Assembly (NCBI RefSeq): GCF_036321535.1
Contig: NC_087437.1
Coordinates: 59,398,001 to 59,462,000, forward strand
Length of the DNA stretch: 64,000 nt
Direction: 5' to 3'
From: Camelus dromedarius
Lineage: Eukaryota
Position numbers and translations under genes: made by a program
Notes under the pieces: generated by a model
Databases searched by the model: none
What the model was told of the DNA's origin: nothing
What the model saw: the letters and a program-made list of their open reading frames with translations, nothing else
Part shown: positions 13,201-25,200 of the stretch, piece by piece
How positions within the stretch are numbered: the stretch's first letter is position 1
Layout: every line of letters starts with the position of its first letter

Positions 13201-16200
13201 AAGGATGGAGACACAGGCTGGCTGAGGAAATCAGCACGACCTGGCACACTGGGCTATGGGACCAGAGAGGGAGCCCTCCTGGGGTGGAGCTTGGGGGACT
13301 GCAACCTGGAAGTCGAGTTCAGCAGGAGGAGCCAGAAGAAGTGATGGGGAAGAAAGACCTATGAGGGTGGCAGAGAAACCAGAACAGGAAGGGCCCCAGA
13401 AATCAGAAGAAGCTAGTGGCCAAACGAGCTGAAACTCAACCAGAACAGAAATGGGATTTAGCTCCTGGGGATCACTGTAGCCTTGACAGGAGCAGCCTTA
13501 GTGGGGTGTGGGACATGGAGTGGACTTCTGGTCACCTCTTTCCCTCTTCTCTCCAACCTCTTCCTCCTGAGGACCTCACGTGCAGGCCTGGACCCTGGGG
13601 GTCTTCTGGAGCCTGAGGTCTCCCTTACTCCTACATCCTCACTGTCCCCATTGCTCCAGCTTTGGTTCAGGCCACATCACCTCTTTCCTGGACTTAACGT
13701 CTGCCCCTTACTGACCCCCTCACTTCCAGTCTCCTCTCCCTAGTCTGCCCCCGACACTGCTTGAGTGACGTCTCTAAGATACACATCTGCCCCTGAGACT
13801 CTAGTCCTGATGTCCTCTGGACTCCCATCATCCTCAGGATGATGGTCAGCTTCAGCATTGTGTCCACCCTTTCATCTCCCGAACTCCTTTCCCTCTGCTC
13901 CCCCCATCCACCCAAGGCCTTCAAGAGCTCTTTTCTCTTTTTACATGCTTCCCTGACTCATTCTGCCCCCACTGCATCTAAAGTGTCACCTCCTCCAGAA
14001 AGCCTTCCATGACTACCTCCACCCTTCTGGACACCTGGCTGTGGCCCACAGCCACTTACCTGTTGCACTGGCTCTATGGTCAGCTCCATGTAACGACTAA
14101 TGGCTGCCATCCTCTTGAGTGGCTTGCAGTGCGGCAGTGCGATGAGAGGCATCCAGTCCGAATTCTTTCAAGCAGAGACAGGGAGACAAAAAGAGGAGTT
14201 CTTAAAATCAAGAGATGTTTTTCTAAAAACAAGATCTCATTTTCTTCAAAAGAACCCCTAGAGTATTTTTTCTGTTCTTTTATAGCACATTTCACTTTCT
14301 GCTTTCTGTAAGATGTATCTTTATTTGTCTCTTTGAGGTCACTATAGGTGAGTGGTTCCCAAACTTTGCTGAACAGTGGAATCACCTTGGCTTCTTAAAC
14401 AAAACATTTGAAGTTTCGCTCTCACTCCCTGTCCCCTACCCACACAGATAATATGATTTCATTGGTACGGATGTGATATACAGAGTTTAAAAGCGCCACC
14501 CCAGATGATTCTAAAATATGGCAAAGTTTCGGAACCACTGCTGTGTGTGCTAACTAAATGCTTGTGTAAAGCAGCGGCTCTCAAACATTATCGTGCATCA
14601 GAATTAAAACTTATTAAGCTTATTAAAATACACAGAGCTTAAGATTTGGTAGAGTTGGGTAGAGCCCTAGTATTTGCATTTCTAACAAGTTCCCAGGAGA
14701 TGCTGGTCCAGGGACCACACTTAGAGAACCATTGCTGTAAAGACTGCTGAAGAGATGGTGAAGGCTTGCTTCCTCCCTTCTGAGTACTAAACACTCAGGG
14801 CTCTCTTAATATTTTAGCTTCCTTCTGGAATATAATCTCATCAGTTTCTAGAATGAAATGAAAATAACTTCCTATTAGACCCTTCCTAGGAACTCGGATC
14901 TTCGGTCCAAGGAGCTATATATACCCCCTTTACCTTGGTCACACCCACACGATCATCTGTTTCATTAACTCAGTCAGATTACACTGTTAAACCCAGAACA
15001 TCTGAAGAAGTGGACCCTGGGCCGGGCTCTGGCAGGGCTCACTGCCCCCGCCCCCGCCGCACACAAGCTCTGGTGGGCCCCGCACTCGTCCAGCTGAGAC
15101 CTTGCCTCAGTCCTTGCCTCCTGGCTTTCTTCCTCCTTCTCCACACAGGTCAGAAGGGCTTGCGTGTCGGGGTTCCCTCTGGCTTCAGAGGCAAATCCCA
15201 AGGCCTGCCTCATCTTGCTTTTCATCACCCAGGAAAGAAAAATGATCTGAGAAGCGGAGTTAAGGTCCGTGGAAACAGAGAACTTCAGCCACAGGGCGGT
15301 GCCTTCACCCCTGCACCCCACGGGCTCCACCCTGGGCTGGCTCCCTCCATCCCGGATCACCCTGCCAAGGTCGGTCCCAGAACAGACACAAGCTCATCTG
15401 AGGACACAGCCAGATCTGACTCTCTCTAGTTCCTGTCCCCTGAGGGCCCAGCACCCAGCCAGACGCAGCCTGTCACAAGCACGTAGTAAATACCTGTTAA
15501 ACAAAAGGACTGTGAAAAGCATCTTCCTTGGCTTGCAGGGACAGGACATGTAGAGGGCTGACCAGGGTCCTCCCAAAATTCATGCCCACCTGGAACCTCA
15601 GAATGGGACCTCCTTTGGAAACAAAGTCTTTACTGATATAATTAGTTCAAATGAGGTTCCAGGATTAGGGTGGATAAGGTAAGTCCCACGACAGGAACCT
15701 CATAAGAGAAGACATGCAGAGATACACAAAGGGAAGAAGGCCACGTGAAGATGGAGGCAGAAATTAAAATGATGCTGCCAGGAGCCAAGGGACACCGGGA
15801 GCCAGCAGAAGCTGGAAGAGGAAAGGAAAGATTCTCCCTAGAACCCCTGGGGAGAGAACGGCCCCGCCTGGATTGCGGGCTTCTGGCCCCCACAGCTGAG
15901 AGAATAAATTCCTGTTGTTTAAACCATCAAGCTTGTGGCAGTGAATCGGCAGCCCTTGAAAACTCAAATAGTACATGAGAAAACACACACACGCATGCAA
16001 AGAAAACAAACAGAAAAGAAATAAGAAAAAAAAGAAAAAAACAACAAAAACTAAAAATAAACAAAAACCAGGAAATGAGAAAATGTTTCTGAACTATTTA
16101 TGCTAAATCCACAGGTTTTTCAGCCCTCCCACTAATAGCAGACCCATTACCCACTGCCGGCATCTCCACTTGCCCCTGTCTGAGCTTAGCTTGCCCTTGA

Positions 16201-19200
16201 GGTCCTCACACCAAGGTCACTGGGGCGTCAGCACATCAGGCAACAGCAAACACTGACGCAGGGCAGCCACTGTCAGCTCCTCTCCCTGCTTCCTCACTGG
16301 GGGCTCGAGTACCAAAGTGGACAGAGAGTGGATGATCACAGCCCTTCCCAGCCCGTGAGAAAGACAAGGCAAAGATGAGGAAAACAGGTTCACAGAGGGC
16401 GGGGACCAGCCCAGGTAGGGAGCAGCAGTAGAGTGTGGCTCTTCTGATCCTGGGGCCAGGAAGCTTCTCACCCTCCTCTGCTGTTTCACAGAGAGTTCTT
16501 ATTAAAAAAAAAAAAAGAAAGAAAGAAAGAAAGAAAGAAACAAAACACAAAATTGCACATTGCAATTGTGTCTGCCTGCCCCGGGCTTTAAACCACCACC
16601 CTGGCCACTGGGGAAGAATTCCTTCTAGCAACAGGATAGGAGGAGATGAGACACAGGCAGTCAAGCCCCCCGGGTCTGGGGTGGATACAGCAAGGTCCAG
16701 CGCCGCACGGCCAAGGGAGGTCAGGAACCAGGGCGTGGCCCGCAGCAGGTACTCAGGCCGCCGGTCATGGGCCACGATGGCCGAGGCATAGAGGAGGCCA
16801 GCCAGTGCTGACAGGAGCCGGGTCCACAGGTGGATGGAGGGAAATGTCTTACCCCGGCACTGGGCAAAGAGAGGAAAGGGTGGGCTGGGAGGGACACTGT
16901 CACCCCCCACCCCAGCTCCCTTAGAGCCGATTCTAAGACCCAGGCCCCTGGGGGTTGGAGGGCAAGCCCTCTGCCCATGGCTATTCCCCAAGGGTGCTAC
17001 TTCTGTTGGGCTTCCAGCTTTTGTTCAAGCTGCTTCTTTTGCCCAATGAATGCCTGGTCATCCCTCAGAACCTGGCTTGAACTCAGCTCTGGGAAACCAT
17101 CCCTTACTACCTCTACCCTAAAGGGAACAAGTAACTCCCTCTTCTGGGTCCCTCACACCTGACATACCCCTCTATTGGAGTGCCTTTATCCCTGAGCATG
17201 ACTTAGCTCCTCACACATCTGTCTGCTCAACAGACAGAGGGCTCCTGAGGGCAGGGCTGAGATCCTCACCCTCTCAGTGCCCTGGTCCCCAGCACTGGAC
17301 AGGGGCTTGTGAATGTCAGCAGGGAGAGCATGGGGAAGACTGAATTATGGAGAGCCAAGGTCTGACCCTTCTCTTCCTGCGACCACCAATGGTAAACCAG
17401 TACAGATGGGAAACTCAGGAAAATTACACATAACATTCTGGAAATTTTGAAGCCAAGAAGATATTTTTGGAGAATGAGTAATGGAAGTATTGGTTTTTTA
17501 AAAAGGAAACATGTACTATTTATATATATATATAAGTAGCCTTTACAGGTAGAAACTCACGCTAAATACACAAATACTATGTATTTCCAATTATATGCAA
17601 TTGCATGGATATTTAAATACATAAATATAAATTATATCATACATAACTTAGTTTGCTCATTAGATGACTATATTTAAAGAATACAAGCCTTGGCTAAGGA
17701 ATGGAAAATATTCAAGAGAAAAAGCATGTGTTGTCTGATTTTCTCCATTTTAATTTTAACTCTCAAAAAGACTTTTCCATCTCCCTCAGCATTTTTTCTA
17801 GTTTTGTTCCCAGGCTGCCCTGTTTCTGGCCCGCTACCCCCAGAATAGGCAGCACCCCACCAAGGAGGGTGGCCCCTGGCCTGCTGGCCCCAAAGGCTGC
17901 AGGTGGAGACACAGCTTCCCACCTCACACAGCCCAGGCAACACCGCTATGGTGAGAAGCCTTTGGGAGGGTCCTCTAGCCCACCCACCCCCATTTTACAG
18001 AGGACACTGATGGCCAGAGAAGGGTGGTGACTTGCAGAGCCCGGCTGGGACCTGGGCCACTGGCCCTGGGCCTTGCTCTTGCTGCCGCTCTGGATGAGCC
18101 AGAGCTAGGGGAACCCCCTGCACTCGCTCCCCTGCCACACTTTCCCTGCACCCACTGACTCAAAACTGAAGCTTTTTTCAGGGTTGGTACTAGGACCTAG
18201 AGGGTTCTGTTTGCCTGAGATGCTGGGCACACAGTAGGTGCTCTATAATTGCTTGAAGATTAGAATTGGCTTGGTGATCCGAGGCGTGGCAGGAATTTCT
18301 CCAGCACTCGTGAGTCTAGCAGGTCAGTACAGAGGCTGGGAAGACGACTGCCTGGTGGCCGCCTGGCAAATCCTTGCTGGGTGGTGCCTCAGAAATTCAT
18401 AGTATTGTGCCTATGGCATATGCTTTTCATTTGCTAGAGAAATGGAGAGAACACAGGTGCGCTCTCCCTGTGAGCCTCGGGGCTTCCCTGAGGCCTGGGG
18501 CCGGCTGCCCACTGCCTGCGCACATAGACAAATGCACACATGCCCACAAACACGCGTACACACATGCCACCTCTCCACCCCGGTGGCCTCAAGCTGGGAG
18601 GATGCTCCCAGATGCCCTAAGACCTGCCAGGGTGACCCACAGTCCCAACCCCAGCCTCACGATTCTGGAGAGTGGGGGGATCCGGGACGCCCAGGAGCCG
18701 AAGGCTGCGATACTGCCCAGCAGGTAGCCGAAGATTTCAGTATTGTCCTGTGGGGACAGTGACACACTCAGCACCCCAAGAAGATGCTCACGCACCCTAG
18801 GCCCCTCCTTTTCTGCTTTTAGGAGGTTCTTCCCAACAAGGCCTAACCCTGTCCCCCACCCCCCAGGGCATTTGCTAGGACCGTAGGGAGGAGAGGGACC
18901 TGCATTCCCCCACCTCCTGTCCTCCTGGGCAGTCTCACCTGTAGCAGGCTTCCCAGCAACCTCCGCTGCGGCCCTCGGATGGGGCCTGAAGCCTTTGGGA
19001 CAGCGGTCCACAGAGCCCAGCCTGGGCCCAGGCTCAGCGGCAGGGCTAGGGCAAATACGCTGGCCCTCAGCCGCTGCCTCTTCTTCCTCTCCTGGGAGCT
19101 CCGACCTGCAACAGACACCAAGATCCTGCAGGTCTCCCGGGATCTGGAACTCGACAGACAGCTGCGTGGGAAGAACTGGGGTCGACCCCGGCCCTGAGGC

Positions 19201-22200
19201 CACGACAGGCTCCCACGCTGTCCCATAGGCCAGACCCTCCCCACCCCGCAAGGGCCTGTGGCTGTGCCCAATTCCTCCTGCACCGCCCCCCCAACCCTCG
19301 GATGACTGGCAGTGTTCCCCTTCCTCCGCCTCTCATAGTGTTTTATGTTTCAAGGCAGGGCGATGTTATCCTTGATCACATGCATCTGCGTGTACAGTGT
19401 CGCCTGTCCTAGACAGGAGTCCCCTGAGGGCAGGCACTGTGCCCTGGCAGTTCTATCATCTGCACAGAGCGGAACCAGTACAAGCTTAGTGAACGCACCC
19501 ATAAGTGGGCACACGGGTGCCGGGGCACCAAAACCAGGAGTAGACAAGCATCATCTTTGAAATAGAAGCATCCTTGAAATAGAAGACAGAGCCTCCTCTG
19601 AACAATTCTAACAAGAACATTCCTCCTTGGGGCAGCATCGAGCAAAGGGCATCTTATAGCACCCACTGATGCAAGCACTTTTCAGACGATGCTCCAAGAA
19701 CACTGCTGTCTCTTCTCAGGAATGTCCTGGTCCCACAGACTCAAGGCTACTTATCCCATCTCAGTCACTTCCAGCCCACGCTCTGCCTGAGGTGGCTCCA
19801 GCCCATTCCTGGCATCCATTTCCAGAAGTGGTGGGGCTTCGCTTGGAGCCTCTGGACTGGCGCACTGAGACATCACTGTTCACGCCCAAAGCCCTGCACC
19901 CTCCCTCTTCCTGGCTTTTGCCTGTGCTGCTCTTCCACCTGGAATGCCCTTCCCTGTGGTCCCAGTTCTGACATCACATCCTTCCCTGACACGTGCAGCC
20001 CTTCCCCTCCTCTAGATGCCCACTGTGTGCCTACAGCCCCTCACATGCAGCGCTAACTACCATTTAGGGCCCTGGCTCCCCTGTCTGGCTGAGGCCAGGG
20101 AGCTCGCCCATTCGTCTGTGCCCGGCAGGGGCCCAGCTTGGGAGTGACAAGGAGAGGCACTCAGCATGCTGATGGGTGAAATGAGTGGATGGATGAAGGG
20201 AGGAACAGATGGCAGCTCACTCACCCGAATTAGACTTGAATTTGGAGCCACAGACTGGGAAGAGAATGGACACAAAGCTCACCAGGTCAATAGCTGCTAG
20301 GTAGGCACCAGTGAAGACCTGGGAGCAAAGGAAATAGAGTCTGGGTGTTCAAACATCTTTCAGCAACTGTAGCACCTCTCATTTTCTATCTCCTCCACCA
20401 CGTGTTCCCCTGACGTAGGGCTCCCAGGGACACCTCCCACCCCAACAGAGGGTGGGTTATCTTCTCCCTTTGACTGACAAGGAGATGGGGTGCTTAAGTG
20501 ATCAATCCCATCATGCAGATGGTTATCACAGAGATGGGTGATAGAACACGGCCCGCCACATTTTCCACTGTATAGCATAGCCGCTGCTATGCAACTTGGG
20601 CCCAGTCACTGGACTTCCCCGGGCCTCAGTTTCCTCATCTGTAAAACAGGGGTAATAACAGTGCCTCCCACACTGTTGAGTAGATTACATGAGCTGACAC
20701 GTGGGAAGTGCTTTGACCAGCGACTGGGGGTGGGGGGGAAGTAAAATGAACCATCCACAAATGCACTAGCCGCTGACAGTATAGTGGACCCTTGAACAAC
20801 GCAGGGCATGGGGTGCCGACTCCTTTGCTGTTGAAATTCTGTGGATAACTTTATAGTCAGCCCTCTGTATCCGAGGTTCCACATCCCTGGATTCACCCAA
20901 TCAAGGATCGCATAGTGCTGCAGTGCGTATTTGTAGGAAAAAATCCGTCTAAGTGGACCCACACGGTTCAAACGCATATTGTTCAAAGGTCCATTATAGT
21001 TAGTGCTTAAGAGCACGAGTTCTGGAGTTTGAATCCTGACACTGCTACTTACTAGAGGGTGACTCTAGAGAGGTTATTTCACTTCTCTATGCCTCAGTTT
21101 CCATGTGTGTGAAACAGGGATAATGAGAGTGCCCATGATTTGAGGATTAACTGAATTAATACATAAAAAGCCCTGAGGGGCAAGTACATAGTTAAATACT
21201 TAATAAACACCAGCTATGACTATTGGACTTGAGCTGAGCTTCGTTATATTCTATCAGCTATTGAGAATGGGCTTCCAAAACGAAAGGTGATTTGTTTCTG
21301 ATAGGATGATGCTCAAAGCAGGGTCTAGAACTCTCCAAATCTGTGTCCAACACTAGGCTGCCCCCCTTTCATGTCTCTCCGGGTGGCACAGGCCAGGACC
21401 AGCCCCGTGACCTGGGGCCCACGGGTCCTCCTTGGGATATGTTCTCGTATGGGATATTCTACACAGATTTATTTGAGGGCCTCGACTTTGGAAAAACTTA
21501 AAATGGCTTCTCACTTGCTCCAAAGCCCATGTTACCACCTGGGAAAAGATCCAGACACACCTGCATGAGCTGGGCTCTACACACAGTAACAGCAACAGTC
21601 CCTTCTTACTGAACGCCCTCTGTGTGTCAGCTGCTGTTTGGAGGGATGGGAAACGGTAGTGAATAAAAGCCTTTGGGCTGATAGATCGGTGTCAGGCCAC
21701 AACACTGGGGAGTATGAATACTCCTGTCACCAGGTGCTGCACAGGCTATCAGGGGAATCCCACTGCAGTAGATTACATTACTTAGACAGGCCTGCAGGCA
21801 TTGTGTCGGAATGAGAGGAGGGAAGAGGAGGCTGCCAGCACCAAGCGAAGGTATCACAGCACAGCTGGCTGCGGGGAGGGAAGTCACGGTCTTCCTTGAT
21901 ACCTGGCAGTTTTGTATGCTGTTAATTAGTTGTCAGAGGTTACAAATGCGTACATGGGAAAGCACATCACGTCTACCGGGGTGTAGGTTTCAACTGACCA
22001 CAAGGGAATAAATGTAAGTTGATTTGTATAAAAAGACCCAAAACCTTTGCCCTTAAGGAGCTGACATTCTCGTAGGGATTAACATACAATAAGGGATAAA
22101 CATAGTAAAGTAGATGGTGTATTAGGGGGAAAACAGACAGAGCAAGACAGGGGGTCTGGAGTGCCTGTGGTAGGGGTAGGGCACAGTTTTAAACAGGAGA

Positions 22201-25200
22201 TCAAGGGAGATCTTATTGAGGTGGCTTTAAAAAAAATGTCTTCTATGGGGTTGGAGGATTAGGTTTTTATTTATTTGTTTTAATGGAGGTGCTGGGGATT
22301 GAACCCAGGACCTCATGCATGCTAAGCACACGCTGTACCACTGAGCTCTACCCTCCCTGCTCTGAGATGACTTTTGAGCAAAGACTTGAAGGAGGCAAGC
22401 AGTGAGCCAGGAGGATACTGGAGAAGCAGAAAGACCAGCCTGGACACAGTCCCTGAGGCGAACATGGGCCTCGCCTGCCACTGTCACCTGTGGGTCCAAC
22501 ACACCTGGATTGTGAGCTGTTTGGCCAGAATCGCCCCAACTGTGTCACATAGGCTGGTCAGGAGGCAGCACGCGGCACACAGCGCTGACTGGTCCCGTCC
22601 AGATTTCTTCCCACATCTCAGATAAAGAAGCCTGTGGGGACAGACAAGGGTGTGACCAGAACACGGAGATGTGAGTTTGGGCTCCCAAAGCAGGTGTCTG
22701 AAAAGGGCAACTGTGACTTTGTGTCCTTACAAATCACTTCCTTCCCCAGGTGTTCAGCAGGTGTTTTTGACCTTCAATGTTAGTGTACAGATGGGAAAAG
22801 GAGGGAAAGACTCCAAGCCTCTGGCCAAAAGACCCATGGCAGGACCTCATGAAATGAGGCATGTCTTCCTTCCTACAAATCTGGCCCCCTCAAGTTCATG
22901 ACCTACCACTCAATGCTGCCAAACTAGCTGTCAGCTTTTATCTTTTGAAAGGAAACAGGACAGTTATAAAAGCAGCCCAGTCACTGTAGTTTAACTGCAG
23001 AGCAGAGTTAATGGCCTAAATTAAAAAGGCAATTTGTTTCTTTGAAATGAAAATGAAATCCTTCTCATCCACCTGTGCAGTGAGGTGGCCTGGCTTCTGC
23101 CAGCCTGCACATCCAGCCTGATTTCACTTGGGGTGCGTGCTTGTCACACACTTGGGTGAGTAAAACTCCTCGAAGATGCCACGGCACTTTGGGCTGAACT
23201 CCCTCAGCGTCCCCCACTGCTGGCTTCTCTCCCTTACTGCCCTCTTCCCACCCCCATATACACCCAGGAACAAGCACGGGAAGGCGGGACAGCCTGGAAG
23301 AGGCCAGAAGTCTTTCCATCAGCATCACATGGGATCTTGGAAATGCTTTGCTCTCTCTGTTTCCCTGCTGCATTTCTTTGCAGAAACTGAGGCACAACCA
23401 CAGCTCTGGTGTTCATTTCCTTTGACAGAGTGATACTCACTCCATGTTGTTAGGACTGACGGGCCTGTTCTGAACAATAGCCCTTGGGAATAGTGGATAA
23501 GGATGGAAGTTTATGGGGCTCCCAAACATTTCCCCACTGGCCAGATGAAGCTCAAAGCTCACAATGGGAACATCAACCTTTAATTTGGGCCCCAGAGTTC
23601 TGGAAACCAATTCAAGGCCTCAGAGTGAAGACTACAGTAGAGACTCTCTTGAGTTGGACCCAAATTAGAAATAATTCATTTTAACCCTCCCATTTGAGAG
23701 AGAAGGAAACTGAGGCCTCTGATGAAAGGTGGTAACAGTGGGCCTTCTGCTTTATGTGTGGAGGCTCTGCTCTGTGCCATGTCCCCATGTTCCCAGCTCT
23801 CAGCAGTCAGGGGTCGCGGGCTGACCCTGACTCAGCCCACGCAGAGCTGAGGCAAGGCGAAAAGGCAGAGGCTCTGCTCTCAGACTGGACGGTGGGCATT
23901 CACGAGGGATGTCCTTAAACCTCTCCAGCCTTGGTTTCCAGATGGGTAAGACAGCTAATAATAACAGCCTCAGAGGGTGGCCTGAGGGACAAGTGAGATA
24001 ATGCAAGTAAAGTGCCTCGTTAGCCCCACCCTCTGATTGGGTGGTTGACCTCACGAGCCTGCCCCTTTCTAGTAGGTTCAGTTTCGGTTTTTCCCATTCA
24101 TGCAGGCAAGTCAGTTAACCTGTCAGAACCCCCAGCTTCCTCATCTAAATGGGTCAGTGACAGTCCCTACCTCATTGGGCTGTGGCAGGGATTAGTGAGT
24201 TAATGAACACAGTACTGGGCCCTCAGTAAATTTTCTAAGTGTCTTTTTTCCCCCACATTCCAGGGCCTGGGCCATGGGGCTGCAGAATCTCTGTAACATC
24301 AAACACCTGAGGGGACCATCTATTGGGTATGAAGGTGAGTTGGTGCCAGCCTCCACCAGGGTGCTGGTCCTTCTCCCCTGCCAGGGAGTACGGGGGCGGC
24401 ACCATGCTTCCCAGCCTGGGACAGGGTAGCAGAAGACCACCTTTAGGCAGATTTCACCCTTATAACCCAGGCTGTGGTGACCACGTGGCCAAACCACTCC
24501 AGGTATTGGACAGCCCAGCGCAAAGTCTGGTCAGAGTCAGATAATCGCCTCCCTACTTCCCAGCTATGAGGTCTTTGGGTAAATTGAGGCCAGAAACATC
24601 GAGAGACTTGTCGGATGTCCTCACCCGCTGCCAAGCGTTGGTGGCAGAGCTGGAGCAATAATAATAGTGCTTAAAGAGCTTTACCAGTGCTAAGGCATTT
24701 GATCCTCCCAGCCAGCCGGAGTTTACGTGAGGAAAAGGAGGCCCAGGGATTTCATAGCTTGCCCAGCTGACACGGCCAGTCAATGGGGAAAGGCTGACAA
24801 TAGAACCCGGGTCTGGTGGCTTTCAGTCCACGGCCCCGTCCTCTGCACCACCCAGCATCCTCCTGCTGCCTCCCCGCCCAGCCTCCCCGTGCGTGGAATC
24901 CGGAAAGAAATATCTGATTTCAGTCGACAGCAAAATGTTCCTTCCTATCCTAGAATTGTGCTGCCTCCTCCCTTCCTGCCCTCTTCCCCATAGGTTTCCA
25001 AGAGGGAGTTAGCAGGCGGCAGCGCCCCTGGCCCCCCGCGGCCGACCCGGCCCCCTCCCCGGCGCCGCACGGTCTCGGTCCCCATTACAGCGCGTGGGCG
25101 GCGATCCAGCACGAGGAGGCGCAGATCCACAGGCCGAAGGAGATGCAGACGCGGTGGCGAGCGAAGCAGCGGTCCAGGTAGTCCCAGTACCAGAGCGCGG

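Larger units (their letters stand above)
15247..16688 (-). other. TMEM44: Probable U12-type GT-AG intron (TMEM44 intron 6, 1442 nt)
   Basis: 5' end GTATCCAC; CCTTAAC at 15265-15259, followed by 12 nt to the exon. Confidence 0.7.

Noticed and set aside
18589..19283. 220-aa and 146-aa ORFs
   Set aside because: Explained by TMEM44 exons 4 and 5 plus GC-rich intron read-through
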